Below are positions 11,026 through 22,277 of a stretch of 64,000 nt of DNA, one piece after another. The DNA comes from a virus. Under the pieces are notes generated by a model. That model saw only the letters and a list, made by a program, of their open reading frames with translations. It was not told the origin of the DNA and searched no databases. The stretch lies in the IMG/VR virus record IMGVR_UViG_3300037805_000894. One strand, 5' to 3'. Each line of letters starts with the position of its first letter. Within the stretch, counting starts at the first letter, position 1. The translations under genes and the position numbers were made by a program.

Positions 11026-11629
11026 AAGAGAACCCCAAACACATGTAACGCCTGATCCAAGAGTTTTTTCGGATTATAAGGTCATTATTTTTGATCCAGA
11101 TACTCTGGATGTTATAAATATACTTCATCAGATACCTAAAGGTGTCGAAAAAATAGAGGCGTTAAAAAGAACCTTTAAAGGTTTAGCGTTTACTTTATAC
11201 AAAGGTAAAGTACCTGAGGGAGGGAAGATTCTTAAGTTTGTGGACAATGACTTAATTAAGGTCAAAGACCCTAATATTACGGCGGCGCTTAATACGCCTT
11301 TTGCCTTAATGGACCCACAAGATTTTCCGCATCCCGTAGTCTTTCCAGATAGAGAGTATATTTTAACTATTAAAAGTACTGTAGAGAATGGAAGAATATA
11401 TAGACATACAGAAGGGTTTCCTGTAAGATTAAAGGTGCAAAATGGAACACTGAGCCGTACTTTTATTGCAGAGTACGATGGCAAAGCGACAGTACGATTT
11501 AGCACTAAGGGTCTAAAGCCCAATACTAATTTTTCCATCCAGATATCTACAGAGGACTACCCACAAGTAATTCTTTTAGGTATTGTTAAAGATACAGCCC
11601 ATTTAAAAAATGACACAGAAGAAACGTAA
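11012..11629 (+). CDS. Hypothetical protein (possible C-terminal Ig-like domain)
   Basis: 205-aa ORF in an overlapping operon. Confidence 0.55.
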   Translation: MNKSRREPQTHVTPDPRVFSDYKVIIFDPDTLDVINILHQIPKGVEKIEALKRTFKGLAFTLYKGKVPEGGKILKFVDNDLIKVKDPNITAALNTPFALMDPQDFPHPVVFPDREYILTIKSTVENGRIYRHTEGFPVRLKVQNGTLSRTFIAEYDGKATVRFSTKGLKPNTNFSIQISTEDYPQVILLGIVKDTAHLKNDTEET

Positions 11630-12404
11630 ATTAAAACCACTACAAGGTCTCGAAGCACCTGAAATGCAACCAGGCATAGTACTGCCTCCTCCCTCTTATA
11701 TGGATATAGACGAGGAGCATAGAGGACCTATTATGGTAGCTATACCTACGGGTAGGCATAATATAAATAGTGGCACAGTTAAGTCGTTATTTAGCTCACA
11801 GCCCTACCTAAATCTTTTTAAAGGTGTTATGTTCTATAGCCATGCTGGGAGTCTTATACAGATTGCTAGACAAGAATCACTTAATCTAGCCTTAAAAGAA
11901 GACGTACGCTGGCTATGGTTTATCGATGATGATATGAGTTTTCAGCCAGACACATGCATAAGACTTGTAAAAGATTGCATAGAGAACGACTTTGTTATGT
12001 GCTCATCACTTTCGATTAAGCGTGTACCTCCTTTTAGTCCTACAGTAGGTATAAGGACAGATGATAAAGGTCATCCAATCCTTACTCCCGAAGATGTCCC
12101 AGAAAAAGGCGTACACAAAGTAGCACACTCTGGTCTTGCTTGTACAGTTATTGATTTAAACAAAATAAGAGAAAAGGGTTTGGATAAGCAGAAGCTTTTC
12201 TTTTTGGCAGTTTCAGAAGACAACAAGCGTATGATCGGCGAAGACTTGGTATTTTGCGATTACCTTACGCAAAAAGGCTTAAACGTTGGGCTAGACGCAA
12301 ACATGTGGACGGGACACTTTGGCATGCACGAGTTTAAACCTGAGATGTGGTTTAAATCCTGGCGTGATATTTACATTAAACAGAAACTGAAGAATGACGG
12401 ATGA
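11610..12404 (+). CDS. GT-A fold (family 2-like) glycosyltransferase
   Basis: VAIPT start, ARQ, WLWFIDDD (DxD), GEDLVFC and GH motifs. Confidence 0.8.
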   Translation: MTQKKRKLKPLQGLEAPEMQPGIVLPPPSYMDIDEEHRGPIMVAIPTGRHNINSGTVKSLFSSQPYLNLFKGVMFYSHAGSLIQIARQESLNLALKEDVRWLWFIDDDMSFQPDTCIRLVKDCIENDFVMCSSLSIKRVPPFSPTVGIRTDDKGHPILTPEDVPEKGVHKVAHSGLACTVIDLNKIREKGLDKQKLFFLAVSEDNKRMIGEDLVFCDYLTQKGLNVGLDANMWTGHFGMHEFKPEMWFKSWRDIYIKQKLKNDG

Positions 12405-13965
12405 AGCGCAAAACATTGAAGGTCTTTTAGGCATTCAAGGCAAGGAAGGCACACTAGTAATTGGCGCTGCCTCCCAAGAAAACGCTTTACAAGAAAAAAA
12501 GACAGAGCTCTCTAAGAAATTAAGGGGCTTTGATCTTGCTATATCTGAATCAGTAAATGTGTTTTTAGAGACCATAGAGACTATTGAAGGTACTGCTGCT
12601 CTGTATATAAGTCACGTTGCTAACAAGACTGAGAGTATGCTTCCTACTTGGCTGGGTCCTTATTGTAGTTTTCAGAAAGGCTATAGTCCGGTAGACCTAG
12701 AGGATGTGAAAAAATCTGGTCCTGTTCCTGATACAGGTATCATTACTAGTTACGGCGATTTTATAGTAGAGAATAATGTCGGGGCGCAGTTTCCTTCCAC
12801 GCTGCCAATATCCGAAAATATTGTACCTAATGGCGAATCTCTGATCCTATCTCTTATGGTAGCGAAAGCCGTCACAACACAAGCAACTATAGATCTAGCT
12901 ATGCTTAAAAAAAGCGTTTTTGAGTCCTCGCTAGGTTGTTGGGCTTTACATACCCCTTGGCAGGGACTTATATCTGCAGTTATGGTGGATGGAGCAGGTA
13001 CGAGCATTACTGGGCTACGCTCCACAAGCGCACTAACAAATGATCCTTGTTTACGTTACAGTAGTAATCCTAATGAGGTAGGGGATTACTCCGGTTACGG
13101 GTGGGGTTCAGGTGTTGGAAAAGGTTGGACTGATCACCCAGATATAATAAAAGAACATTACGAAGATGTTGTCTTACCTACAGGTTCTGACGTGCTTATA
13201 ATAGATAGAGTAACAGGAGTCCAAGCTGCTTATAAGATTGATAGTACAGTCATTGATAATACTAATTTAACTATAACTTTCGCAGCGCTGCCCAACCCAG
13301 GTACAATGGTTAACGTATTTGGACGTGATGTTTCCCTAGACCCTCCAGGTACTCTAGCATACATGGTGGTTGTAGATATTGCAGGCGCTGGGTGTATTGA
13401 TTCCACGTATGGCTTTACTGCTTTTTTAGCCTGGAACTGTTTTGAAAAACAAGATGCTAATACATGGAGGGTCTTTGATACTACGCATATACAGCAAACA
13501 ACGCTCAGACAAGAGGACTTCGATGGTACTGGGTTGTTTATTAATAGTTATCAAATACACGATGGAACAGAAACTATTCAAGCCCGTGATTTATTCTATC
13601 ACATAAATATCGATGAGGCTCTACTAAAGGATCCATCTTTTTATACAATAGATCAGTTACAAGGGATATATGCAGGCATGGCTAAAGATCTTGCGCAGGT
13701 GGGAGGCTGGGCTCAACAGTGGGCTTCTAACGAAGCTGCCATAGTTAGTTCAGGCGAGAGGAAGCAAACGTTTCATAACGAAGATTCATTAAATGGACAA
13801 AGCAAGCCAGTGAAACCTGTTGGTAATTATCTTAACTTATTACGCAGTAGTATTGAAGGGGTATCCCTTACTCTACCTGTAGATACAATGCAGGAAGGTG
13901 TGATAGAAAGCGGCCTTGGACTGACATTGGTGACTGGAGCGATGTATAAAGTTAATGACGCTTAA
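12394..13965 (+). CDS. Putative virion structural protein
   Basis: 523-aa acidic ORF in the structural operon. Confidence 0.45.
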   Translation: MTDEAQNIEGLLGIQGKEGTLVIGAASQENALQEKKTELSKKLRGFDLAISESVNVFLETIETIEGTAALYISHVANKTESMLPTWLGPYCSFQKGYSPVDLEDVKKSGPVPDTGIITSYGDFIVENNVGAQFPSTLPISENIVPNGESLILSLMVAKAVTTQATIDLAMLKKSVFESSLGCWALHTPWQGLISAVMVDGAGTSITGLRSTSALTNDPCLRYSSNPNEVGDYSGYGWGSGVGKGWTDHPDIIKEHYEDVVLPTGSDVLIIDRVTGVQAAYKIDSTVIDNTNLTITFAALPNPGTMVNVFGRDVSLDPPGTLAYMVVVDIAGAGCIDSTYGFTAFLAWNCFEKQDANTWRVFDTTHIQQTTLRQEDFDGTGLFINSYQIHDGTETIQARDLFYHINIDEALLKDPSFYTIDQLQGIYAGMAKDLAQVGGWAQQWASNEAAIVSSGERKQTFHNEDSLNGQSKPVKPVGNYLNLLRSSIEGVSLTLPVDTMQEGVIESGLGLTLVTGAMYKVNDA

Positions 13966-14485
13966 AAAACTATCAAAGAAGCATTGGACATTTATACAAA
14001 CATTAAAGACAGATTTTAATGATTTATATATGTTCTTAAATAAGCATACCCCTTTATGGGAGTCTATCTATAGTCATGCGTATACCGGAGCCTCTACAGC
14101 TTCTTTTGAAACAGAAGACGGATTGAAGGTAAAGATGGTGCCATACCGCTTATGGGAGATGATGTTTCGCCCTAAAACGAGTATGGAGCTTTCCGTTTAC
14201 ATGTTATGCTGTATGGGCCTTATGGGGATAGACGAAAAAGATTTTTGCGAGGATAAAGAATGGATCTTCTATTCACTCCCTACAGATTTTCAATTAATAG
14301 AGTGGTACTGTAAACTACTTAATAGTGGCATTAAGAAATGCAAAAATAAAAAAGAAACTTTTAACTGGATAAATGAGAAATTAGAAAATGGCTGCACCTA
14401 TCATAAAATGGTTTGTGGAAACGGAAGGAAAGACCGAATCACTATCGGAAACCCCAGGAAACTGGCAAGAGCTCTCTTCGACTGA
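13955..14485 (+). CDS. Hypothetical protein
   Basis: 176-aa ORF overlapping the next gene by about 100 nt. Confidence 0.5.
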   Translation: MTLKKLSKKHWTFIQTLKTDFNDLYMFLNKHTPLWESIYSHAYTGASTASFETEDGLKVKMVPYRLWEMMFRPKTSMELSVYMLCCMGLMGIDEKDFCEDKEWIFYSLPTDFQLIEWYCKLLNSGIKKCKNKKETFNWINEKLENGCTYHKMVCGNGRKDRITIGNPRKLARALFD

Positions 14486-15167
14486 GAGCGAGCGAGCTCG
14501 TTTACTATATGCTGCGGGGAGCTCTACCGAAGAGGTATTGATGCCCATGAAGCGCCCAGAAGAGGGAGGAGCACCTACTTCTCCCGACATCCTTGTATTA
14601 CGCTCAGAAACATCCGAGGGTTTACAGTATCTTAAGATTCCTAATTGGAATAAACCAGCCCCAAGCGGGCAGTTTAATTTATGTGTTTCCTTAACAGCAG
14701 CAGCTGAAGGCACAACTTTAATAAATAAACCACGCTTAGAGGCTTATGATACCTTTGAGGCAGCTTTCACTGGGGAAGAACCAGAAAGCCCTTTACTACT
14801 TGGCACGACTAATACTGGCAATAAGCCATTACTTAGAGCTATCGATCTAACGGCAGAAGCTATGGGTTTTGTTTCATCGTCGTCCTGGCCTCCTTCTGGT
14901 TGGTGGGTGTCTCCGTTACTAACCGAAGGTGGTTCGGATGGCAGCCGTATTAAATACTTAAAAGGAGATAGTAGTTATCTAGAGCCCGCTACAGTTATTG
15001 TCCCAAAAGAAGGCTATACTAGTATTGATGGAATCACTTACGACGCAAATAGCGAAAAAATAAGTAGTGAGTTTTATTTCTCAATCTGCCCAGTGATACC
15101 AGATGATATCACTAGGGGGCAGACTAAGAAAGATATTGTTATTGTGATGAGAACCTTTTTCGCTTAA
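14388..15167 (+). CDS. Putative virion structural protein
   Basis: 259-aa acidic ORF. Confidence 0.5.
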   Translation: MAAPIIKWFVETEGKTESLSETPGNWQELSSTESERARLLYAAGSSTEEVLMPMKRPEEGGAPTSPDILVLRSETSEGLQYLKIPNWNKPAPSGQFNLCVSLTAAAEGTTLINKPRLEAYDTFEAAFTGEEPESPLLLGTTNTGNKPLLRAIDLTAEAMGFVSSSSWPPSGWWVSPLLTEGGSDGSRIKYLKGDSSYLEPATVIVPKEGYTSIDGITYDANSEKISSEFYFSICPVIPDDITRGQTKKDIVIVMRTFFA

Positions 15168-16330
15168 TGTCCAATAATATGTCGTCTTCTATGTAGGAGC
15201 ACGCGCTCTTGAGCTAGTAGCGATGATAGACTTAAAAAGACTGTCAATATATCTGATACACTGATGAAAGTTCTTCTGTAATTTCGCACAGAACTGGAAA
15301 ACGAATCTACACTTATTAAGCCGCTAATTAAGCCTACGACAGAATTTTGATTAGTTAAGCTGTAATAGGAGGGTGAGGGAAAAAAGGTCTTCTCGCCTAT
15401 ACATAGAATAGAACTTCGTTTCAACTGCATTTTATGTTTAATGTAGTAACCTACAGAACAGTTTTTATCGAGACAGGTATGGTTTCGTAATGAAACGTAT
15501 TTCTGATTTTCCGTAAGCTCTTGTATCTCTGCGGGAGCAAAATGTAATAAAGAAGAAGGGGGCTGTGTTTTTAACTTTTCAATATAGTATTTTTTACGGT
15601 TTATAAGAAAAGCTTTTTCGCCATCTATATTTAAATAGGCTTCCTTTAACTCTATGTTTGCTTCAGTATATGTACTCTTTATAGGTACCAAGATACTATT
15701 ATGTAACAAGGCATTAGCTACCAATGTTAGATCCTCTTTATGCTGAAATCTAACATCTAAATTACGTAAAGACCTTACCTCGTCACTAAGACTATAGCTA
15801 CCAAATATACTAGGTTTTATATATAAGCCTAGCATATTAAACAACATAGTGCGTCCATCTTTAGAGGAAAGTAGTTTTGCGACTCGTTGTTTTTCCTCAT
15901 ATATAGAAGGCTTCTCAGTCCAAGGATAACCAACTCTGAGAGCATTAAAAGGGTTAATGGGTTGTTCTGTAAAATAAATATCTCTTCTATCTGTAAAACA
16001 CTCTAAACCCTTTAAAATGTCTATAACCTTATTAAAACAGTAGTAATAACTATTATCTATTTGTACACAGAAAATTGCATATTGTTGTATATCGCCTAAG
16101 AAAAGAGACAGGTATGTTTCAAGCTTTAAGGCTTCTTCTAAAGCTTCTGTTTTATACTTTATATTTAAGTTAAGCCGTGTAGTGTGCTTACGCTGGTTAT
16201 TCTGATATAGAGACGATGTTGGGTGCACAGCTGCTTGCAGAGTGGGGTTAATAGGTATAAAAGAAAGAGTCTGATAATCTAAACTCTCCAATCCTCTTGT
16301 AAGTACTTTTACATTTTCTGTATCTAACAT
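15164..16330 (-). CDS. Hypothetical protein
   Basis: 388-aa ORF; AGGTATTA promoter-motif variant upstream. Confidence 0.6.
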   Translation of the reverse strand: MLDTENVKVLTRGLESLDYQTLSFIPINPTLQAAVHPTSSLYQNNQRKHTTRLNLNIKYKTEALEEALKLETYLSLFLGDIQQYAIFCVQIDNSYYYCFNKVIDILKGLECFTDRRDIYFTEQPINPFNALRVGYPWTEKPSIYEEKQRVAKLLSSKDGRTMLFNMLGLYIKPSIFGSYSLSDEVRSLRNLDVRFQHKEDLTLVANALLHNSILVPIKSTYTEANIELKEAYLNIDGEKAFLINRKKYYIEKLKTQPPSSLLHFAPAEIQELTENQKYVSLRNHTCLDKNCSVGYYIKHKMQLKRSSILCIGEKTFFPSPSYYSLTNQNSVVGLISGLISVDSFSSSVRNYRRTFISVSDILTVFLSLSSLLAQERVLLHRRRHIIGH

Positions 16331-16411
16331 GCTCTTTTATGCCTTCTAATACCTATTTTTTAACACATAGTGATTTTGGAGTTTTGATATAATGTGTTTA
16401 TAATTAAATGA

Positions 16412-16723
16412 ATGAGTGCGACTGCGAATAAAGCTATTATTTACGATGAAAATCAACATATAATCACCTTAAGAGATTTTTTAGCTAAACAAACTCTCAG
16501 CATTGCTCGTTGGGATAAAATAGGTAAAGGCAATACGGCTATAAAGTCAATGGAAGGTAGTAAGATAGTACGCTCTTATTTAGTCTTTCTTTTTCAGGAT
16601 CAATGGTATTCTCTTACAGTAGATACAATTAATGGTATTCAACTTGAAGAGATTAAAGAAGAAGATATAGAAAAAAATGGACCTCTACTCTGGTTAAATA
16701 ATGACACGAAAAGTAACTGGTAA
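16412..16723 (+). CDS. Hypothetical protein
   Basis: 103-aa ORF after a TATAAT element. Confidence 0.55.
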   Translation: MSATANKAIIYDENQHIITLRDFLAKQTLSIARWDKIGKGNTAIKSMEGSKIVRSYLVFLFQDQWYSLTVDTINGIQLEEIKEEDIEKNGPLLWLNNDTKSNW

Positions 16724-17036
16724 ATTAGTAAAATCCGATACAACTCCGTTATCAGATATATACATATACTTTAGACCTCTAGCTGTTATGGCTTATACAA
16801 CTGAAAACGAAATGGTCAGTTTAATACCTATAGAAGTTGTAACCGACGAAGAAGGTTACTTTGAAACAACGCTATACGCCGAAACAGATTTTGACACTAT
16901 CACTAGTCAATTTATCTATGATCGTATGGGATATCGTATAGAAATACCTTCGTTAGGTCTGATTAGGTTGGTTACAGTACCTGAAGGCGCAGAAGATATA
17001 GATTGGAATAAACTAGGGACAAGGTTGGATTCATGA
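16701..17036 (+). CDS. Putative tail/structural protein (transthyretin-like beta sandwich)
   Basis: VTGKL...TDEEGYFETTL pattern seen in tail-fibre N-terminal modules. Confidence 0.45.
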   Translation: MTRKVTGKLVKSDTTPLSDIYIYFRPLAVMAYTTENEMVSLIPIEVVTDEEGYFETTLYAETDFDTITSQFIYDRMGYRIEIPSLGLIRLVTVPEGAEDIDWNKLGTRLDS

Positions 17037-20035
17037 AAGCGCCTTTTGATTTAACAGATAGTAATAAAACTTTTTTTAAGCCACAGCTCTTTGATATAAA
17101 AGACAACGGAATAAGCTTAAAAGCGTTTAATATTGAAAGAGGGTTAAAAGGCTTCCCTGTTGGTGTATATATTAACGAGGATAGTAACAGCTTAGCTATT
17201 ATTGATGAGAGCCTCCATAAGGCACAAATAAGTTCTAGTAATATACAAAGACACGTAAGACACTCAGACAACACTCAACCGGCAGCTTCGTTATTTTTTG
17301 GTTGCGAAGGGTTTAATTCTTATATAAAGATAGAAACATACGAAGCTATTCGAAAAAAAGAGAACTTTACAATTAGGTGTTTAGCTCAGCTTCATACATC
17401 TTCTAAACAAACAATAGCAAAAATTGTAGACGATAATACCCTCGTTTATGAGCTATATACTGAAGACTATAAAATAAACTTTGCGTATACTCCCTTATTT
17501 GGGGAGGAACAGCTAATCCAAGGTCCTATTGTACCTGTAGGAGATCTGGTGGCCTTATCTATTCAGGTAGATGAAACAGGCTTTACTTTCTGCGTAAATG
17601 GTTACGAGTCTTTTGTAGCAACAGAGGAGAGACCTATTTTAAGGGGCCACGCAAAGCCTTTATACGTAGGCGGATATCCAGGTACAGCCTCTCCTGGCCT
17701 GTATATAGCTCAGTTTCATATACTAACTGACAGTTTAAAAAGCACTCAGTGGCTCGTTTATCCTCTCTATCCTGTAGAAGATACCTACTTTGTTACTGTC
17801 TTGGAGACTAACGTAATCGGTTTTAGGGCTATCGGTATTGAAGTAGATGCAGAAGGATGCACGCTAGGTTTTCAAGTTTCATATGATGGAGGAGTTACTT
17901 GGAAAATACCTAGGAATAGTCCTCCTTGGGATACAGCTATAGACGAGACCTTTGGTGTATCCTCAACTTTAGAGGAGCTAAATGCTTGTTTATATGAGTA
18001 TAACCCTACCGAGCAGGAGGACGAGCTTTTTGCTTTAAAAGTTTTTGTACATAGTGATGGGCTAAACGAGTGCCTTGTTTCTAGTATCAAACTTTTGTAC
18101 TCTTTTGAGGATAAACCTTCTTATCTCGGTAACGATGCGCCTGTAAAATATGGAACTGATGTGCAAGTATTAAAGAATTTCTTTTCGCCGGACATGCTTT
18201 CATGGACTGATGTTGTGTACGAAACAGGCCCCAATTTAGTATTAAATAACGATTTTGCCTTATGGCAAGAAGATGGACAAGCTAGTGATTGGGAGTATAT
18301 AAACCGGACAGAGAATATACGAGACGCTATTGAAGAATACAGTGAAGACGAAACATCCACTGCCTGCAGAATATATTCTTATGATGATGGACGCTTCTCA
18401 ATCGGACAGAAAAATATATTAGAAACAGGCAAACCTTATCTAATAGAGTATGATGCGTACAAGCACTACAGTGATCATGTTGATAATGGTGCACTAGTTT
18501 TAGAGCCCCTTCATTTGTGGTTAGATATGGGGGATTGGGGGAATGCATTAAGTACACAGTCTATTTTGCTATCCATGACGACGGAAAGTAGCCACCATCA
18601 GAAACATTTTTATTCTAAAGGACCTTCGTTTGCTATCAATACAGGCCTAGATAATCCTGATATTGTTTTTGATAACCTTACGATTAAGGAGATAACAGCT
18701 GACTTTAACGGCAATGCTATGGATATATCTATAGCTTCAGAGACAAAAAATAATCAGATACTTAATGGCGATTTTAATAATTCGCTTATGTATTGGCAAA
18801 CACACGAGATAGGATCTACTTATGAGATAGGCCCTGGCAGTCAGAAAAATCACGCATTAGAAATCAAGTTAGGCACTTCAGGAGCAGCTGCTTTTACACT
18901 AGCTAATGAAGGTATGGTAGACACTGGTTCTTATTTAGTGTCTTTTTACGCTAGGATAGAAAAAGAAGATTTTGAACCATATCAAATGAAAGTTCGCTTA
19001 GATAACTCACTAGAAAAAGTGGATATAGATGAACCTTTGTGGGAAAGTGACATATCGTTAAACGAAGAATGGACACAGTATACCGATATAATTAATTATG
19101 TAGGGGAGAATGCTTACTTGAGCTTTAACACCTTCTTCACTCTTAATGAAGAAGGAGCTATACTTAATTATAATATAATTAAAGATAATAGCATCTTTAT
19201 TGAAAATGTTGTGGTTAGTAAAGCAGAGCCTTATACAACATATGAACAGTCTGATTTCAGTAAGCCTCTTACAGGATTACGTAATACTTACTTTAGCATA
19301 GATGGCCAATGGGCTACAGGGGACATACTGAATGGAGTAGGTGAGAGAAGCGCACAAGCAGCACTCTTTGCTCATAATAACTCAACAACCACAAGTGGTT
19401 TAGTTGAGGTAGTAGGATGCACCGTTAATATAGAGGATATAACATTAGTAGGCGGTTTTGGTAAACCTACTATAGATGTATGGAATACAGCTGTATATCC
19501 GCATCCAATTGTTATTGATAATTACACAGCAGCAGAAGCTGGTAGTGTTAAGCTATCTTTAATCCCAGGGGACTATAAACTAAAGCTCACGCGCGAAAAC
19601 AACGATACATATGTGCGTTATATGAATATAACAGAGGACACTACAGTTACGTTACAGGGCGTCTCAGAGGAGCTTAATCCATTAAGGCGGTTTAGTACGA
19701 ATGTACTCGATTTGGATATTGACGACACTACATTTGCTTCCGGCGATACCCCTACGTTAGCTGTAAGAGTTATTGATAAGATCACTCAGTTGCCAAAGAA
19801 TTTAACCGGGTATACAGTTTATTTTGCCATGAAAGCTGCTTATAACTCTGTATTAATGGTAGATAGAGAATGTACTATTACATCTGATATTAACGGACGT
19901 GCGGCTATACTTTTAACAAAAGAAGAAACGGCACTTGTTGGGCGTTATATAGCAGAGATATCTATAGAGAAAGAGGGGGAAGTCCTTACAGTCATCCCCC
20001 ACTTTAATCTAGACATAGTTCAAGGCTTACGCTAA
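17033..20035 (+). CDS. Multidomain virion protein (LamG/ConA-like, two carbohydrate-binding-like modules, C-terminal BppU-like domain)
   Basis: FTIxC..CVNG..LYVGG LamG-like region; NLVLNNDF and NQILNGDFN module starts; GDTPTLAVRV..NLTGYTVYFAMK C-terminus. Confidence 0.55.
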   Translation: MKAPFDLTDSNKTFFKPQLFDIKDNGISLKAFNIERGLKGFPVGVYINEDSNSLAIIDESLHKAQISSSNIQRHVRHSDNTQPAASLFFGCEGFNSYIKIETYEAIRKKENFTIRCLAQLHTSSKQTIAKIVDDNTLVYELYTEDYKINFAYTPLFGEEQLIQGPIVPVGDLVALSIQVDETGFTFCVNGYESFVATEERPILRGHAKPLYVGGYPGTASPGLYIAQFHILTDSLKSTQWLVYPLYPVEDTYFVTVLETNVIGFRAIGIEVDAEGCTLGFQVSYDGGVTWKIPRNSPPWDTAIDETFGVSSTLEELNACLYEYNPTEQEDELFALKVFVHSDGLNECLVSSIKLLYSFEDKPSYLGNDAPVKYGTDVQVLKNFFSPDMLSWTDVVYETGPNLVLNNDFALWQEDGQASDWEYINRTENIRDAIEEYSEDETSTACRIYSYDDGRFSIGQKNILETGKPYLIEYDAYKHYSDHVDNGALVLEPLHLWLDMGDWGNALSTQSILLSMTTESSHHQKHFYSKGPSFAINTGLDNPDIVFDNLTIKEITADFNGNAMDISIASETKNNQILNGDFNNSLMYWQTHEIGSTYEIGPGSQKNHALEIKLGTSGAAAFTLANEGMVDTGSYLVSFYARIEKEDFEPYQMKVRLDNSLEKVDIDEPLWESDISLNEEWTQYTDIINYVGENAYLSFNTFFTLNEEGAILNYNIIKDNSIFIENVVVSKAEPYTTYEQSDFSKPLTGLRNTYFSIDGQWATGDILNGVGERSAQAALFAHNNSTTTSGLVEVVGCTVNIEDITLVGGFGKPTIDVWNTAVYPHPIVIDNYTAAEAGSVKLSLIPGDYKLKLTRENNDTYVRYMNITEDTTVTLQGVSEELNPLRRFSTNVLDLDIDDTTFASGDTPTLAVRVIDKITQLPKNLTGYTVYFAMKAAYNSVLMVDRECTITSDINGRAAILLTKEETALVGRYIAEISIEKEGEVLTVIPHFNLDIVQGLR

Positions 20036-21249
20036 GTATAAGGATCGTAGCGCAAACTTCGTCCAATTTCAGGTGCAGTTACTCCTGTTGTCATGACCCA
20101 AACGACTTGGTGATTTACAGCCAGAGCTTTTTCAAAACCTGAATCGAAGTTATATCCATCAGTGAAATAAAGAAGGGCCTCTATGCTTCTATTAATAGAA
20201 TTTAGATATTCAAAAACCGGCTTAAATCTAGTTCCCCCTCCTCCCTTTACAGGTGGTAGCGCATCTCCCGTAGAGAGCTCTACATAGCTTGTGATAGAGG
20301 TATCACACTGGAGTAAGCCTACTTTACAATTATGCAAGGACAAGATACCCCTTACTTCCGACATAAATCGAACATATTCCATTTTGGAAATACTTCCACT
20401 AGTATCGATAGCTACCACCACAAAAGGTTCATATGTATGCATACTAGGTAAGTAATAATTTGTACCTATGCTATTTTTAGACTGTCTCCGAAAACTAAAG
20501 TCTCCTTTAGCTATCTCTCCACCCAAGTGATCGATTAGCTCTCTCCAATTAACTTTAGGCTCGTACACCTCATCTAATAAGTCTATTAGTGAATCAGTTC
20601 GGCCAGAAATAGGGCGAGCGTCTCTTGGTTGGATATTTCCAGAGCATTGCGCCTTAGCCTGCTCCATTTTCTTTTGCCATTCATCTTTAAGATCTTGGCT
20701 ATTTTTCTCCAGATCCTCTTGTAGATCTAGCATGGTCATTCTTGAAGGATCTACTCCCTTATTTAATAACTCATCATAAACAGTTTCGGTTGTTTTATTT
20801 CTTACATTATTAAGATTGAAAGAAGATGCAGTTAACAAACCTTTTGGGGACCTCAAAGATGGGAACCACTGATCTATTAATGTATTAATTGTTACATCTG
20901 CAGCACAATTCCAAATAAGTGCTTCTCTAGCGCCTTTTCTTTCTAAATGAAGAAACATGCAGTGCATCAATTCGTGAATGGCTAGGAACGTAATGCATTC
21001 AAAAATAAAGTGTTCTTTGTTTACTTCTTTTTCTTTCATAGCCATAAAAGAGTCTTCCAGTAAGGTATTTAGCTGTTGCAGATTGAAATAAATAGTCTCT
21101 CCATCTGTCCAAGCGCAGGAAGGCCTCTCCTCCTCTTCATTAATACTTATTGTAGTCCCATAGAATAAAGCGCCGAAGAAAGGGGCTTTATGCATTAGAA
21201 AAATTTTAGTTGCTCGCAGATTAGTAGCTAGAGTTACTTTATCAATCAT
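20032..21249 (-). CDS. Metallopeptidase plus vWA domain protein (DUF2201-like), partner of the MoxR ATPase
   Basis: TDG, HELMH, WNCAAD motifs; vWA MIDAS IDTSGS, GGGGT, YFTDG. Confidence 0.85.
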   Translation of the reverse strand: MIDKVTLATNLRATKIFLMHKAPFFGALFYGTTISINEEEERPSCAWTDGETIYFNLQQLNTLLEDSFMAMKEKEVNKEHFIFECITFLAIHELMHCMFLHLERKGAREALIWNCAADVTINTLIDQWFPSLRSPKGLLTASSFNLNNVRNKTTETVYDELLNKGVDPSRMTMLDLQEDLEKNSQDLKDEWQKKMEQAKAQCSGNIQPRDARPISGRTDSLIDLLDEVYEPKVNWRELIDHLGGEIAKGDFSFRRQSKNSIGTNYYLPSMHTYEPFVVVAIDTSGSISKMEYVRFMSEVRGILSLHNCKVGLLQCDTSITSYVELSTGDALPPVKGGGGTRFKPVFEYLNSINRSIEALLYFTDGYNFDSGFEKALAVNHQVVWVMTTGVTAPEIGRSLRYDPYT

Positions 21250-22268
21250 AGAGAATTGGCAGCAAGTTTTACCTCTTCGCTGTTAAGAGCTTTCTTAAGG
21301 ATATCGCCAGAAAGTAACCAAGTTTTGCAGTAAGTACTCAAAGCAAGTGATAGCGCATACTGACTAAGCTCTTTGGGGATCGAGGGGTTGTCAATTAATC
21401 TTAGGAAGTTATCTTTTTTATCTTCTGTTACAATCTCCGCAACGGAGGTAAGTACACTCCACATAACACTTTTATCTACGTCTTTTGTTATGTAATCTGG
21501 ATTATCCAAGATAAACTCAGGTGTTTTATACTCTTCTAGTAATAACAAATATGCATTAAATATAGCCGATGCTTTTTTCCCAATAGCCCCTTCCACTAAA
21601 GGAGCGAGTATCTTTTCCTCTTCCTTTAAACTAAGACCTTTTATGATTTTAGAGGTAAAAACCCAACTCCTGGGGGTAGGAAAACCATAAGCACTTTGTG
21701 TTGCTTGCCCTTTTGGTAACTCCATAAGAAGCTCTGGCTTGGACTCAATAAAAGAGATAATCCTAGTATCAATAGCAGAATCCCGAGCCCACTCTACCCA
21801 GGCATTTTTATCGTGACGCATCTCTAAGTGCACAAAACGGTTCTTTAAAGGCAAGGGTAAATCATATCCTAGAATACCCTCTCCTTTTTGGTTACCAGCC
21901 GCAATACGAATTGTATTATTAGGGAGACGGTGCTCGCCAATTCGTCCATCAAGTATGATTTGATAGGCAGCTGATTGAACGCTAGGAGGAGCGTGGTTTA
22001 GCTCATCGAAGAATATGATAGTGTTCTCTTCCTTGGGAAGAAAGCTTGGTTTAACCCACTTAGCTTCTCCCTCAATTATCATAGGAACACCTCGTAAGTC
22101 TGTAGGGTCCATAAGGGAGAGCCGTATGTCGATTACGTCTACCCCTAACTCTTCTCCCACTTGTTTAACGATATCTGATTTTCCAATCCCAGGAGGACCC
22201 CAGATATAGATAGGGACATCGATCTGTCTCATTAAAATTTCTTTAATTGTTTGCGCTGTTTCAGCCAT
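21246..22268 (-). CDS. MoxR-type AAA+ ATPase
   Basis: Walker A GPPGIGKS, DLRGVP, Walker B IFFDE, AAGN, NRF, PTPRSW. Confidence 0.9.
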   Translation of the reverse strand: MAETAQTIKEILMRQIDVPIYIWGPPGIGKSDIVKQVGEELGVDVIDIRLSLMDPTDLRGVPMIIEGEAKWVKPSFLPKEENTIIFFDELNHAPPSVQSAAYQIILDGRIGEHRLPNNTIRIAAGNQKGEGILGYDLPLPLKNRFVHLEMRHDKNAWVEWARDSAIDTRIISFIESKPELLMELPKGQATQSAYGFPTPRSWVFTSKIIKGLSLKEEEKILAPLVEGAIGKKASAIFNAYLLLLEEYKTPEFILDNPDYITKDVDKSVMWSVLTSVAEIVTEDKKDNFLRLIDNPSIPKELSQYALSLALSTYCKTWLLSGDILKKALNSEEVKLAANSL

Positions 22269-22277
22269 TTTTATCTC